DNA of 64,000 nucleotides, from NCBI GenBank assembly GCA_044440125.1, contig JBITAJ010000028.1:192001-256000 (forward strand), read 5' to 3'. Under the pieces are notes generated by a model that made no database searches, had not been told where the DNA came from, and saw only the letters and a list, made by a program, of their open reading frames with translations. Origin of the DNA: Sedimentisphaeraceae bacterium JB056. Lineage in GTDB: Bacteria > Planctomycetota > Phycisphaerae > Sedimentisphaerales > Sedimentisphaeraceae. This document shows positions 21,449-31,775 of this stretch, in pieces. Numbering within the stretch: the stretch's first letter is position 1; each line of letters opens with the position of its first letter. The translations under genes and the position numbers were made by a program.

Positions 21449-21758
21449 TATGTAATTCTCTCTGAAAGCAACTCAAACCTTCAAAAAACGCACCATTATA
21501 ATACTGGTATTTATGACAAAAGGCTTATTATATGATCTTCAATATCTAAGCACTAATATCTACCATACAAATCCTCGCAGCCCCAAAATCATCCTATTAT
21601 TCTTGTTTTCAACAGCTTTAGTATAGTATTTTATATTCGGGATGTCAATTAGAATTAGATATGCGCAAAACAAAGTCTGTGTTTTAAGTTAAACCCCACT
21701 GGAGATCAAGCTAAAACACAGACTAAAATAAAACTAAAACAAAATTCGTCGTATATCT

Positions 21759-22109
21759 TTACAAAATTCTGCTGTGAAGATTCTCAAGGTTGGATTTGGC
21801 TTCAGGAGCTGTTTCAAGCATGCTTTTTTCCTCGCTGCATGGATATTCTTCACATTCTATGCAGGAATCTATTGCCTTTTTTAAACAACAGTAACGAACT
21901 TTACAGTCATTCTTGCAATGAACAGACCTGCGTCCTCCGCCCTTACATCCATCGCACAGAACCTGCTCAGGATCAATGCTTTCACGAAATTGAGCAGACC
22001 ATTTCTCTGCAACAGCTTTCAATTTCTCGATATCTTCCTTCTTTGTCGCCTGATAGGCTTCGCATTCGCTGCAATCCAAGCCGCAATACGCTATCATTCT
22101 CTGATCCAT
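21759..22109 (-). CDS. DUF3795-like cysteine-rich protein
   Basis: AYCGLDCSECEAY, CDGC, C..C.EYPC pattern. Confidence 0.8.
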   Translation of the reverse strand: MDQRMIAYCGLDCSECEAYQATKKEDIEKLKAVAEKWSAQFRESIDPEQVLCDGCKGGGRRSVHCKNDCKVRYCCLKKAIDSCIECEEYPCSEEKSMLETAPEAKSNLENLHSRIL

Positions 22110-22492
22110 ACAAAGTACTCCCTTAACAGATTTATAAAATTAAGCTAACCCGCACTCAAATCAACATGAACAATAAAGCTGAAAAGCTCAAAATTGCCCT
22201 TTCATATCTGTTCGTTTTAATACAAAACAAACATAATTAAATTCATCAAGCACGTACGTTCAGTCCATTTTTATCTAAAAGGCAGTAAGCAAAGCAACAA
22301 CATAAAATCTTGTCATTACTCCACATACACTCTCAAAAACACGGTCCTGGTGCTATTAACACCCAAATTTGACCTATTTTAATCTTACTAAATAAAAAAA
22401 TAATGTCAAGAAATAACCCCAAACAACTACCTATAAAGCAGTTAAGCAATGCAAAACTTATAAGTAAATCACTTTTTGGAAACAGTATAAAC

Positions 22493-22520
22493 TTGCCAAA
22501 AATACGTTTTTGTTTATAAT
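22493..22520 (+). promoter_or_regulatory. Sigma70-like promoter for iorAB
   Basis: TTGCCA-N16-TATAAT about 60 nt upstream of the TTG start. Confidence 0.55.
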
Positions 22521-22579
22521 CTCAATCGGTCAAATAAATATAAATTGAGATCTGACAACCTTAATACAGGAGTAAGACC

Positions 22580-24340
22580 TTGGCAGAATTATTATCAGGA
22601 AATCAGGCGATCGCCCGCGGCACTTACGAAGCCGGAGTAACGGTTGCGGTCGGCTATCCGGGTACTCCTTCAACGGAGATACTCGAAAATGTCGTCAAGT
22701 ATAAAGACGATATATATTGTGAATGGTCACCAAACGAGAAAGTTGCTTTTGAAGTAGCTGCCTCTGCGGCAATGGCAGGCGCCCGTGCTATAGTAACAAT
22801 GAAGCATGTCGGCCTCAATGTAGCCGCTGACCCGCTTATGACACTTGCTTATATCGGAGTTGAAGGCGGACTGGTTATTTGCGTGGCAGATGATCCGGGA
22901 ATGCACTCTTCTCAGAACGAGCAGGACACACGCAATTACGCTAAATTCGCGAGAATTCCAATCTTCGAACCAGCTGACAGTCAGGAAGCTAAAGACTTTA
23001 TGGCCATCGCACTTGATGTATCAGAGAAGTTCCAGACACCGGTAATCCTCCGCTCAACAACACGCGTAAGTCACTCACGTTCTCTCGTAGAATTCAAAGA
23101 CAGAAGAGAGACCAACAAAGTAGGATTTGAGAAGAATCCGCCACGTTTCGTACCTGTTCCTGTATGGGGCAGAGAGATGCGTAAGAAAGTTGAAAAGCGA
23201 TATTACGATTTGGCTGAAGCTTCGGTCAAGAGCCCTGCAAATAGAATCGAATGGGCCGATAAGAAACTCGGCATCATCGCTTGCGGCATAACATATCAGT
23301 ATGTAAAGGAAGTATGGCCACAGGCTTCTGTTCTCAAGCTTGGGTTCGCTTATCCATGGCCTGATGAACTGCTTAAGGAATTCGCCGCAGGAGTTGAAAA
23401 GCTCCTCGTAGTCGAAGAGCTCGACAATCTACTTGAAGAGCATCTTAAAGTAATGGGCATAGACTGCATAGGACGTGAAGTAGTTCCGGGCATCGGAGAG
23501 CTAAGCGCAACAACACTCGCTGCCTCAAGAGCCAAACTTGACGGCACAGAGCCTTGCGAGAGCTGCTACCAGAACATGGCCGCAGAACTGCCGGGCAGAC
23601 CGCCGGTATTGTGTGCAGGCTGCCCTCACAGAGGTATATTCTACGCCCTCAAGAAACATGATGTTGTAGTAGCCGGTGATATCGGATGTTACAGCCTCGG
23701 TGCTTTCAAGCCACTCGAAAGACTTGACATTATCCTTTGTATGGGCGGCGGCGTTTCAATGGCACAAGGCCTTGACAAAGCCGGTGAGCCTAAGAAAGTG
23801 GTAGGTATCGTTGGCGATTCTACATTCTTCCACTCAGGAATCACAGGGCTCCTTGACATTGCCTACAACAAAGGCAAGTCAACAATAATCGTAGTTGACA
23901 ACAGAACAACAGCTATGACAGGCCATCAGGACCACCCTGGAACCGGCATGACGCTTATGGGTGAAACTACTATTACTGCTTCTATTGAAGAAATAGGAAA
24001 AGCCTGCGGCATCAAGCGAGTCAAAGTTGTAGATCCTTACGACCAGGAAACCACACAGAAGGTCATAACCGAAGAGCTTAACACCGATGAGCCAAGTCTT
24101 ATCGTGTCAAAAGCACCTTGCATACTTAAAGAGCGCAAGGCTGTAGGACCAAAGGTCAAAATAGAACAGGAGCTTTGCAAAAACTGCAAGGCCTGTCTAA
24201 AACTCGGCTGCCCTGCTATTGAAAGCAGCGGAGGCGAAAAACCCAAGGTCAGCCAGATGCTTTGCGAAGGTTGTTCGCTATGTGAACAAGTATGTAAATT
24301 TGGAGCCATAACAGCAACAGGAGCAGACGATGAGCAATAA
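22580..24340 (+). CDS. iorA: Indolepyruvate:ferredoxin oxidoreductase alpha subunit
   Basis: GYPGTPSTEI, MKHVGLNVAADPL, SSQNEQD, RPPVLCAGCPHR, GDSTFFHSG, C-terminal ferredoxin; TTG start with AGGAG RBS. Confidence 0.95.
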   Translation: MAELLSGNQAIARGTYEAGVTVAVGYPGTPSTEILENVVKYKDDIYCEWSPNEKVAFEVAASAAMAGARAIVTMKHVGLNVAADPLMTLAYIGVEGGLVICVADDPGMHSSQNEQDTRNYAKFARIPIFEPADSQEAKDFMAIALDVSEKFQTPVILRSTTRVSHSRSLVEFKDRRETNKVGFEKNPPRFVPVPVWGREMRKKVEKRYYDLAEASVKSPANRIEWADKKLGIIACGITYQYVKEVWPQASVLKLGFAYPWPDELLKEFAAGVEKLLVVEELDNLLEEHLKVMGIDCIGREVVPGIGELSATTLAASRAKLDGTEPCESCYQNMAAELPGRPPVLCAGCPHRGIFYALKKHDVVVAGDIGCYSLGAFKPLERLDIILCMGGGVSMAQGLDKAGEPKKVVGIVGDSTFFHSGITGLLDIAYNKGKSTIIVVDNRTTAMTGHQDHPGTGMTLMGETTITASIEEIGKACGIKRVKVVDPYDQETTQKVITEELNTDEPSLIVSKAPCILKERKAVGPKVKIEQELCKNCKACLKLGCPAIESSGGEKPKVSQMLCEGCSLCEQVCKFGAITATGADDEQ

Positions 24341-24908
24341 AACAACAAGCGTAGTTCTTGCGGGTGTAGGCGGACAAGGCATACTTCTCGCAAGTGAAAT
24401 AGTCGCTCAGGCGGCAAAGATATCCGGTTTCGATGTAAAAACCAATGAAGTACACGGTATGGCACAGCGAGGCGGATCCGTTATCGCACAGATTCGTTAT
24501 GGCGAAAAAGTTTACAGCCCGCTTGTGGCCAAAGGTGAAGCAGTAGTTCTTGGTGCTCTCGAAAGAATCGAAGCACTCAGATACGCTGATTATCTTGCAA
24601 AAGACGGCCTTGTAGCAGTCAACAGCCAGCAAATGGTACCGGTTACTGTATCAATGGGACTTGCAGAATACCCCGATAATGCGGAAGAGCTTCTCAGGGA
24701 AAAATTCAGCAATCTTATCTACATAGATGCCGGCAAGATAGCCGAATGTCTTGGCACAGTTAAAGCGGCCAATGTCGTTCTACTTGGCGCTCTTTCAAAA
24801 GGCCTCGATCTTTCACTCGATGCCTGGAAAGAAGCAATAGCTATCAGCGTAAAGCCTAAATTCAAAGACCTGAATATCAAGGCCTTTGATGCCGGACGCG
24901 ATGCATAA
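24330..24908 (+). CDS. iorB: Indolepyruvate oxidoreductase beta subunit
   Basis: GVGGQGILLAS, EVHGMAQRGGSV. Confidence 0.95.
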   Translation: MSNKTTSVVLAGVGGQGILLASEIVAQAAKISGFDVKTNEVHGMAQRGGSVIAQIRYGEKVYSPLVAKGEAVVLGALERIEALRYADYLAKDGLVAVNSQQMVPVTVSMGLAEYPDNAEELLREKFSNLIYIDAGKIAECLGTVKAANVVLLGALSKGLDLSLDAWKEAIAISVKPKFKDLNIKAFDAGRDA

Positions 24909-24921
24909 AATAACGAAATAA

Positions 24922-24990
24922 AAGGCATAAGGCATTAGGTGAGAGTCAAAAGGCGAAAGCCTGCCTAATGCCTATTGCCTAATGCCTAAT
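24922..24990. repeat. Inverted heptamer tracts (AGGCATw / TGCCTAw)
   Basis: aaggcat-aaggcat-tagg ... tgcctaa-tgcctat-tgcctaa-tgcctaa. Confidence 0.65.
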
Positions 24991-24997
24991 ATATGAA

Positions 24998-26179
24998 ATG
25001 ATTCCACAAGAAGAACTCAAAAATAGACTCGACAATCTGCGTAACAGACTCAACACCTATTGCCCGCAATGGGAAATTGCTGTTATCACGCAAAAAGTAT
25101 CCCTCTACTATCTCACCGGAACAATGGCATCCGGCACTTTATGGATAGAAAGAGATGGACGAGCATCCTTTTTCGTGCGCCGCGGCTACGAGCGTGCAGT
25201 CATTGAGTCAAAGTTCCCGGATATGCGCCGCATGAACAGCTTCCGTGACATGGCCGCAGATGTAAACAATACATCCAAAAGTGTATTGCTGGAAAAGAAT
25301 TCCATGCCATTGTCATTCTTTGAGCTTTTCAACAAGTATTTCAATTTTGAGACTATCGGCTCTCTTGATTCCCACCTGATGGCGATCAGGGCAGTCAAAA
25401 GCCCTTTCGAAATCAATCGAATAAGAAAAGCAGGTAAAATCCATGCACTCGTACTCGAAGAACTCGTACCCAAAATGCTTAAGGAAGGAATGAGCGAAGC
25501 AGAGCTTTCATCAACACTTCTCAAAACTCTAATCGACAATAATGCCCACGGCATAGCAAGATTGAATATGCACGATATGGAGTTTCTGCTTGGATATGTA
25601 GGCTTCAGCGAAAACAATCTTATGGTTACAAACTTTGACGGCCCTGACGGCAACACAGGTCTCCATCCTTCTGCTCCGTTTATGGGCAGTCGTGACAGGA
25701 AACTTAAAAAAGGCGATATCATATTCATTGACATCGGTTGCGGCTACAAAGGCTACCATACAGACAAAACCAGCGTCTACGCTTTCGGCAAGGCACCATC
25801 ACAAGAAGTGGTCGATATCCACAATAAATGCGTAGATGTAATGAACAAAACTGCCGCAATGCTAAAACCAGGCAATATCCCCTCACAAATATATGAAAAT
25901 ATAATGGCCGGTCTTGACGATGAATTCAAAACCAATTTCATGGGTATCGGCAACTCTGCGGTCAAGTTCCTCGGCCACAGCATCGGACTTCACATTGACG
26001 AAATGCCGGCAATAGCCAAAGGCTTCGATGAGCCGCTTCAGGAAAACATGGTAATAGCCCTCGAACCTAAAAAAGCTATCGAAAATATAGGCATGGTAGG
26101 CACGGAAAACACATTTATAGTAACACCCAATGGCGGCCAGCTCGTAACAGGCTCAAAACATCAAATAATAGTAGTTTGA
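24998..26179 (+). CDS. M24 family (Xaa-Pro) aminopeptidase
   Basis: RAVKSPFEI, GYHTDKT, GHSIGLHIDE, ALEPK, GTENT. Confidence 0.9.
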   Translation: MIPQEELKNRLDNLRNRLNTYCPQWEIAVITQKVSLYYLTGTMASGTLWIERDGRASFFVRRGYERAVIESKFPDMRRMNSFRDMAADVNNTSKSVLLEKNSMPLSFFELFNKYFNFETIGSLDSHLMAIRAVKSPFEINRIRKAGKIHALVLEELVPKMLKEGMSEAELSSTLLKTLIDNNAHGIARLNMHDMEFLLGYVGFSENNLMVTNFDGPDGNTGLHPSAPFMGSRDRKLKKGDIIFIDIGCGYKGYHTDKTSVYAFGKAPSQEVVDIHNKCVDVMNKTAAMLKPGNIPSQIYENIMAGLDDEFKTNFMGIGNSAVKFLGHSIGLHIDEMPAIAKGFDEPLQENMVIALEPKKAIENIGMVGTENTFIVTPNGGQLVTGSKHQIIVV

Positions 26180-26423
26180 GACCCTGTAAACAGCCATCTT
26201 TCAAGATACACCCCCTGCACATCAAAACAAAAGTCCTGTTTTGAGTCCAATTTGTCCTATTTTAACTTTGCTTACCCCCCTTCATAGTATATAATACAAG
26301 CTTTAGAGTATGTATTTGCAAATAAGTTACGAACTTTACGAGCAGCCGAACATTAATTTCGTATACGCTATTGGCACAGTTTTATTAAAAAGTACTTTCG
26401 TTGTATTTTAGTGGGGCAGAATC

Positions 26424-28454
26424 ATGAAAAAAGGTATAAAACATTACTCAATCAACTTAGTGGTGTCAATATTGTTAGTAATCTTCTTACACTTGACAAT
26501 AAGCACTGTATCAGCAGGAATCATTGTAACCCCATCATCTCTGACCTTTGACTGCAACAGCGTTACAACCACTGACATAACCCTGAAATCAACAAGCGAA
26601 CCAATCCTGATATCAACGTCAACGACATCTGTAACAGAATATCAGGATCTGTCCTATGTTCCTGCCCGAAAAATTATAAGTAAAGACAAGATAGATACCG
26701 AAATATCAACAAACACCACCACTGAAGTAATGATTACATTGAAAACCTCTGCACTGAAAACTCAAGCGAAATCAAAGGCACAGAGGATTCAGAATGCCCA
26801 ATTCGAAATGCACAACCAGCTTGCAAATTTCAATGCCAAAACAAAACATATGATGGAAAATATTCCGGTAATAAGTGCAGAAATTGATGCAGAAGCTTAC
26901 GAATTCTTAAAAACTTCACCTCTTGTAGCATCTGTTGAAGCTGTTCTTACGGTAGAGCTTCACACATCCCAGGGTATACCACTCATGGATGCAGATGTAT
27001 ACAGACCGGTATTCGGCGGCAGCGGCGTAGCCGTAGCGATAGTGGATTCAGGAATAGACTACACCCACCCGGCACTGGGCAACGGCTCCTTCCCAAATGA
27101 TAAAGTACTCGGCGGATACGACTTCGGTAATAATGATGCAGACCCAATGCCCGTAGGAACCATAAGTGGCGTATCTCACGGCACAAACTGCGCCGGCGTT
27201 GCTTGCGGCGATATCACAGCATACGCCGATTACATAGGCGGCGTGGCTCCCGAAGGCAAACTATATGCTCTTAAAATAATGGCAGACAACTCAACCTCCG
27301 GCTCAACAACTGCAATCGCATCGGCAATCGACTGGTGCGTATCTCACCAATATGATGACCCTAACAACCCAATACTCGTAATAAACATGAGCGTCGGCGG
27401 AGGTGAATACGCAAGCGAATGCGACAGTCTCTCTTCGGGAATAACAAACGCCGTCAATGCTGCAACCGCCGCAGGTATTACCGTACTCTCAAGCAGCGGT
27501 AATGATGGATACTGCGATGCAATGGGGCTTCCCGCATGTATATCAAACGTAATATCAGTAGGAGCAGTATTTGACAACAACATAGGTACAGTAGGTTTCT
27601 GCCTCAGCGACAACAGCTGCATAGGTACGGTGTCAGCAAGTTGCTCCTCTCCAAATTCCAAGCTCCTTTACACCGCAACGTCTGCCGACCAGGTTACATC
27701 GTATTCCAACAGCTCCTCACTCGTTGACGTACTCGCATCAAGTCATAACGCGTATACCACTGATATAAAAGGAGTATCAGGGAGCAGCGTAGGTGACTAT
27801 TACGGCTCTTTCGGCGGTACATCTGCCGCTTGCGCATATGCATCCGGAGCAGTGGCGAGCCTTCAAAGTGCGGCTAAAGACTCGTTGGGAAGATTCCTGA
27901 CTCCGGATGAAGTTCGACAGATTCTATCAGACAACGGCCAACCGATAACCGATACTAAAAACGGTATAACGACACCACGAATAAGTGTTGCAAATTCAAT
28001 AGAAAACCTCGATATCTACAGCGGCCAGCTGGTTACCATCGAAAACGACAGCCGTTTCTCTGCTGACATAAGCAGCATAACACACCCTTCATGGATAACA
28101 TTGAGCCAGGCAGCTCCTTTAAGCATTGGCGGCTATGGTTCAACGACTCTTTACGTAGATGCAAGCTGCGAAACATGTAATTACGAGCCGCTGAATGATG
28201 CAATAACGATCTCAGGTACTTCTCGCAATTCCAGTTTCAGCGAAAACATAGATGCAACACTCAATTGCCCGCTGTGCCAGTACAGTGCCAACCTGAATGC
28301 AGGCTGCGAAGTAGACATACTTGACCTCTCTATTCTGGCAAATTGCTGGCTCAGCAGTGATTCGGCATGTGATGCGGCAAATATTGACGGCACATTCCCG
28401 GTAGACCAGCCCGACCTCTCCATAATGGCAGGCCAATGGCTTGAAGGAAAATAA
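26424..28454 (+). CDS. Secreted S8 subtilisin-like serine protease with Ig-like and dockerin-like C-terminal regions
   Basis: Catalytic triad VDSG / HGTNCAG / GTSAA; C-terminal DILDLSILANCWL..DLSIMAGQWL duplication. Confidence 0.9.
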   Translation: MKKGIKHYSINLVVSILLVIFLHLTISTVSAGIIVTPSSLTFDCNSVTTTDITLKSTSEPILISTSTTSVTEYQDLSYVPARKIISKDKIDTEISTNTTTEVMITLKTSALKTQAKSKAQRIQNAQFEMHNQLANFNAKTKHMMENIPVISAEIDAEAYEFLKTSPLVASVEAVLTVELHTSQGIPLMDADVYRPVFGGSGVAVAIVDSGIDYTHPALGNGSFPNDKVLGGYDFGNNDADPMPVGTISGVSHGTNCAGVACGDITAYADYIGGVAPEGKLYALKIMADNSTSGSTTAIASAIDWCVSHQYDDPNNPILVINMSVGGGEYASECDSLSSGITNAVNAATAAGITVLSSSGNDGYCDAMGLPACISNVISVGAVFDNNIGTVGFCLSDNSCIGTVSASCSSPNSKLLYTATSADQVTSYSNSSSLVDVLASSHNAYTTDIKGVSGSSVGDYYGSFGGTSAACAYASGAVASLQSAAKDSLGRFLTPDEVRQILSDNGQPITDTKNGITTPRISVANSIENLDIYSGQLVTIENDSRFSADISSITHPSWITLSQAAPLSIGGYGSTTLYVDASCETCNYEPLNDAITISGTSRNSSFSENIDATLNCPLCQYSANLNAGCEVDILDLSILANCWLSSDSACDAANIDGTFPVDQPDLSIMAGQWLEGK

Positions 28455-28472
28455 CAACAAAAAAACACATCA

Positions 28473-28500
28473 GTAGAGACGCGATTAATCGCGTCTCTAC
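28473..28500. repeat. Perfect 28-bp GTAG-type REP-like palindrome
   Basis: GTAGAGACGCGATT|AATCGCGTCTCTAC. Confidence 0.85.
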
Positions 28501-28581
28501 GAAACACAACACATACAGACAGCAAAAATATACATATTTTCTTACTTTATTTGCATTCATTTTCACCCTAAATCGTGTATA

Positions 28582-28611
28582 TTAACAGTAATAATCACAT
28601 ATTACTGTTAA
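28582..28611. promoter_or_regulatory. Candidate operator (12-bp perfect inverted repeat) upstream of glycoside hydrolase
   Basis: TTAACAGTAATA-N6-TATTACTGTTAA adjacent to a TATATT -10-like box. Confidence 0.5.
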
Positions 28612-28665
28612 CATAGAAGATGAAATCAGTTTAAAATACATAAAAAAGGGTAAAAGGATAGCACA

Positions 28666-30693
28666 ATGGTCAAAGACTTAAGGTTTAGGCAGATACATCT
28701 GGATTTTCATACATCAGAAAACATTCCCGGAATCGGTAAACAATTTGACAAAAAAGATTTCCAGCAAACATTGCTTGATGCTCATGTTGATTCGATAACA
28801 TGTTTCTCAAGCTGTCATCACGGCTGGAGCTATCATCCTACGAAAGTAGGGAAGATGCATCCCAATCTCGACTTCGACTTACTTGGCGCACAGATAGACG
28901 CCTGCAAAGAAGTAGATATAAATGTGCCGGTTTATCTCACTGCCGGAGTGAACAATGTCGCAGCAGATGAGCATCCAGACTGGCGGGAAATCGACCACAA
29001 TGGTCAATATCTGGGCTGGGCAAAAAGCATACTTGAGCCGGGCTTCAAAATGCTATGCTTCAATTCGCCATACATTGAGCATCTATGCGAAATGATAACC
29101 GAGGCCCTCGAACGCTACCCAAACTGTGACGGGATATTTCTCGACATAATCAATCAGGGCAAATGCTATTGTAAATACTGCATGGAAGTAATGGAGAAGA
29201 ACGGCCTTGACCCTGCAAATGAACACGACAGCCAAAAATGCTCAGAGCTTGCACTCGAACGTTACTATAAAATGACAACAGAGACGGTACGCAATTTCGA
29301 TTCAAAAATGCCTATCTTCCATAACAGCGGACATATCAGAAAAGACAAACCGCAGCTTCTGGATTATTTCAGCCACCTCGAAATGGAATCACTGCCAACC
29401 GGCGGCTGGGGTTACGACCACTTCCCGATGTCGGCAAAATACGCCATGAACGGTAAACATCAGTATCTGGGTATGACAGGCAAATTCAACACCACATGGG
29501 GCGAATTCGGAGGATTTAAACATCCCAATGCTTTGATATACGAAACAGCCGCAATGCTGGCATTCAATTCCAGATGCTCAGTCGGTGACCAGCTTCACCC
29601 ATCGGGCAAAATCGACAAATCAACTTACGATCTTATTGGAAAAGCTTACGAACAGGTAGAGAAAAAAGAAGCCTGGTGCAAAGACACTAAAAATGTAGCT
29701 GAAATCGCACTTATCAACGAAGAGGCGACAAACAAACTCGCATTCAATTCACGAAGCGATTCAGGAGCAGATACAGGTGCCGCAAGAATCCTGCTTGAAA
29801 GCCACTACCTCTTCGACTCCATCAATGACCAAACGGATATATCTCCTTACAAATTAGTTATACTGCCGGACAATATCAATGTCAGCGAAAAATTCAAAAC
29901 TAAAATAGACGCCTATCTCCAATCCGGCGGCAAAATAATACTGACAGGCCAGAGCGGTTTCAGCAATGACAATAAACCGCTATTCGATATAGGCGCCGAG
30001 TGTTCGCAGACAAGTGAGTTCTGCCCCGACTATATCTTGCTAAATGATGATATCAGTCCTGACTTTGTAAAGACTCCGCTTGTAATGTACATGAAAAGCA
30101 AACGGATAAAAGTCACAAATGGCAAGTCAATCGGCAAAGTATACGACCCATATTTCAACCGTGAGGCAAAGCATTTCTGCAGCCATCAGCATACACCTTA
30201 TAAGACAGAGGACTCCGGCTTTGACTGTGGAGTATTAAATGGTAACATACTGTATCTGGCACACCCTGTTTTCAGTATCTACAGATGGTACGGAGCTGTC
30301 GCCTACAAACAATACGTATGCAATTGCATAGACATGCTGTTGAATGGCGACAAGTCATTCAAAACAAATCTGCCATCATCCGCACGCGTCTCTCTAATGG
30401 ACCAGAGTGAAAACAACAGACTTGTGCTCCACCTTCTCTACGCGGAAAAATCATGCCGCGGCGGAGCAATGCAGTTTGAAGGCGGCAACATCAGAGCTAC
30501 CGGACAAATCGAAATCATCGAAGACCTAAACCCACTATATAATGTAGAGGTAGAGCTTAAAACTGATAAGCAGGTTAAGTCGGTATTCCTACAGCCGGAA
30601 AATAAACAGATTGATGCAGTAATCGAAAACGGCAAGGTAAAGTTCAAATTGGATTCATTCACATGCCACGCAATGATTGAAATGAACTACTAA
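28666..30693 (+). CDS. Glycoside hydrolase, GHL6/GH151 (alpha-L-fucosidase-like) with beta-galactosidase trimerization-like domain
   Basis: RQIHLDFHTS, CHHGWSY, EMESLPTGGWGY, GMTGKFNTTWGEFGG, GDQLHP. Confidence 0.8.
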   Translation: MVKDLRFRQIHLDFHTSENIPGIGKQFDKKDFQQTLLDAHVDSITCFSSCHHGWSYHPTKVGKMHPNLDFDLLGAQIDACKEVDINVPVYLTAGVNNVAADEHPDWREIDHNGQYLGWAKSILEPGFKMLCFNSPYIEHLCEMITEALERYPNCDGIFLDIINQGKCYCKYCMEVMEKNGLDPANEHDSQKCSELALERYYKMTTETVRNFDSKMPIFHNSGHIRKDKPQLLDYFSHLEMESLPTGGWGYDHFPMSAKYAMNGKHQYLGMTGKFNTTWGEFGGFKHPNALIYETAAMLAFNSRCSVGDQLHPSGKIDKSTYDLIGKAYEQVEKKEAWCKDTKNVAEIALINEEATNKLAFNSRSDSGADTGAARILLESHYLFDSINDQTDISPYKLVILPDNINVSEKFKTKIDAYLQSGGKIILTGQSGFSNDNKPLFDIGAECSQTSEFCPDYILLNDDISPDFVKTPLVMYMKSKRIKVTNGKSIGKVYDPYFNREAKHFCSHQHTPYKTEDSGFDCGVLNGNILYLAHPVFSIYRWYGAVAYKQYVCNCIDMLLNGDKSFKTNLPSSARVSLMDQSENNRLVLHLLYAEKSCRGGAMQFEGGNIRATGQIEIIEDLNPLYNVEVELKTDKQVKSVFLQPENKQIDAVIENGKVKFKLDSFTCHAMIEMNY

Positions 30694-30810
30694 GTACAAA
30701 AACAGGGGCTGTTCATTTAACTGCCTAAACCGAAAAGCATTGAGCAAGGGACGGTTTTAGATTAGTTCTATAATTAATCTGTAACTGCCCCTTGTTTCTT
30801 TGTTTCTCAG

Positions 30811-31230
30811 TCAGTCATAAATACCATTTGTTTCCGGTTGATATAATATCTGGTCAATTTTTAATCTACGTAAACCGGCAGGCACTATCGCATCTACGTT
30901 ATCACCTGCTCCATATCCTAACACCGCTATACCAATAGGACTCAACACAGATATTTTATAATCATCAGAATCAGCATCCCATGGATATACCAGCTGAATA
31001 AACATTTCTTCTTCAGTTTCAATATTTTTAAGTTTTGCTGTACTGTTCATTGTTATTATTTTTTGAGGAATCTGCTCAGCATCAATAATTTCAGCTCTCC
31101 CAATTTCCTCTTTGAGTAATAGAAGATTCTTTTTATCTTTTGAGGAAGAACTCAAAAAATCATTAACCATTTTAATAAGCTTGCCACGATCAGACTTTGT
31201 TAGATAAATTTGGTCTTTTTGTTTTTTCAT
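30811..31230 (-). CDS. rnk: Nucleoside diphosphate kinase regulator (GreA/GreB family)
   Basis: IITMNS, LVYPWDAD, ISVLSPIG.AVLG, ILYQPE. Confidence 0.85.
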   Translation of the reverse strand: MKKQKDQIYLTKSDRGKLIKMVNDFLSSSSKDKKNLLLLKEEIGRAEIIDAEQIPQKIITMNSTAKLKNIETEEEMFIQLVYPWDADSDDYKISVLSPIGIAVLGYGAGDNVDAIVPAGLRRLKIDQILYQPETNGIYD

Positions 31231-31775
31231 CTTAATTTTACCCTCTTTAATTTTAATATTACAAGCCCCTGTTAAAAGTCTTGCTTACCTTGCAATCAAG
31301 GATTTTGATTTAATTTTAATTTAAAAATGCGCAAAAAAAAACCGGCGTAAACCGGCATTCATAAACATACTTTTTTTATCAGCCGGAAATCACTGGAATA
31401 AAACTGCGCGTAAGCGAACAGATTCTAAAATTGCTAATATAGATCTTACGGCAGTATGTTTTTATTTAATTCTCTCTGTTGTTTTGTTTAATTATATCTG
31501 CAAAAATATCAGATTTCACTATTACTATATATAGCACAAAAAAATAATAAGTCAATAGCCCCAGATTAAAATGAATAGGCAATCTTAAGATCAGAGTAAA
31601 ACAGCAACAAAACCTAATACTATCGATTTAAGAATAGCAAAAACAAACTTGCTTAAATCATTGCTTTACAATACAATAATTTACTATAATACAAAAGCAC
31701 GGTTGTAATAGTACCCTCAACACATCTTTCATATATGGGAGCAGGGTTAATAAATAAATTAAAGGGGATTGGTAA

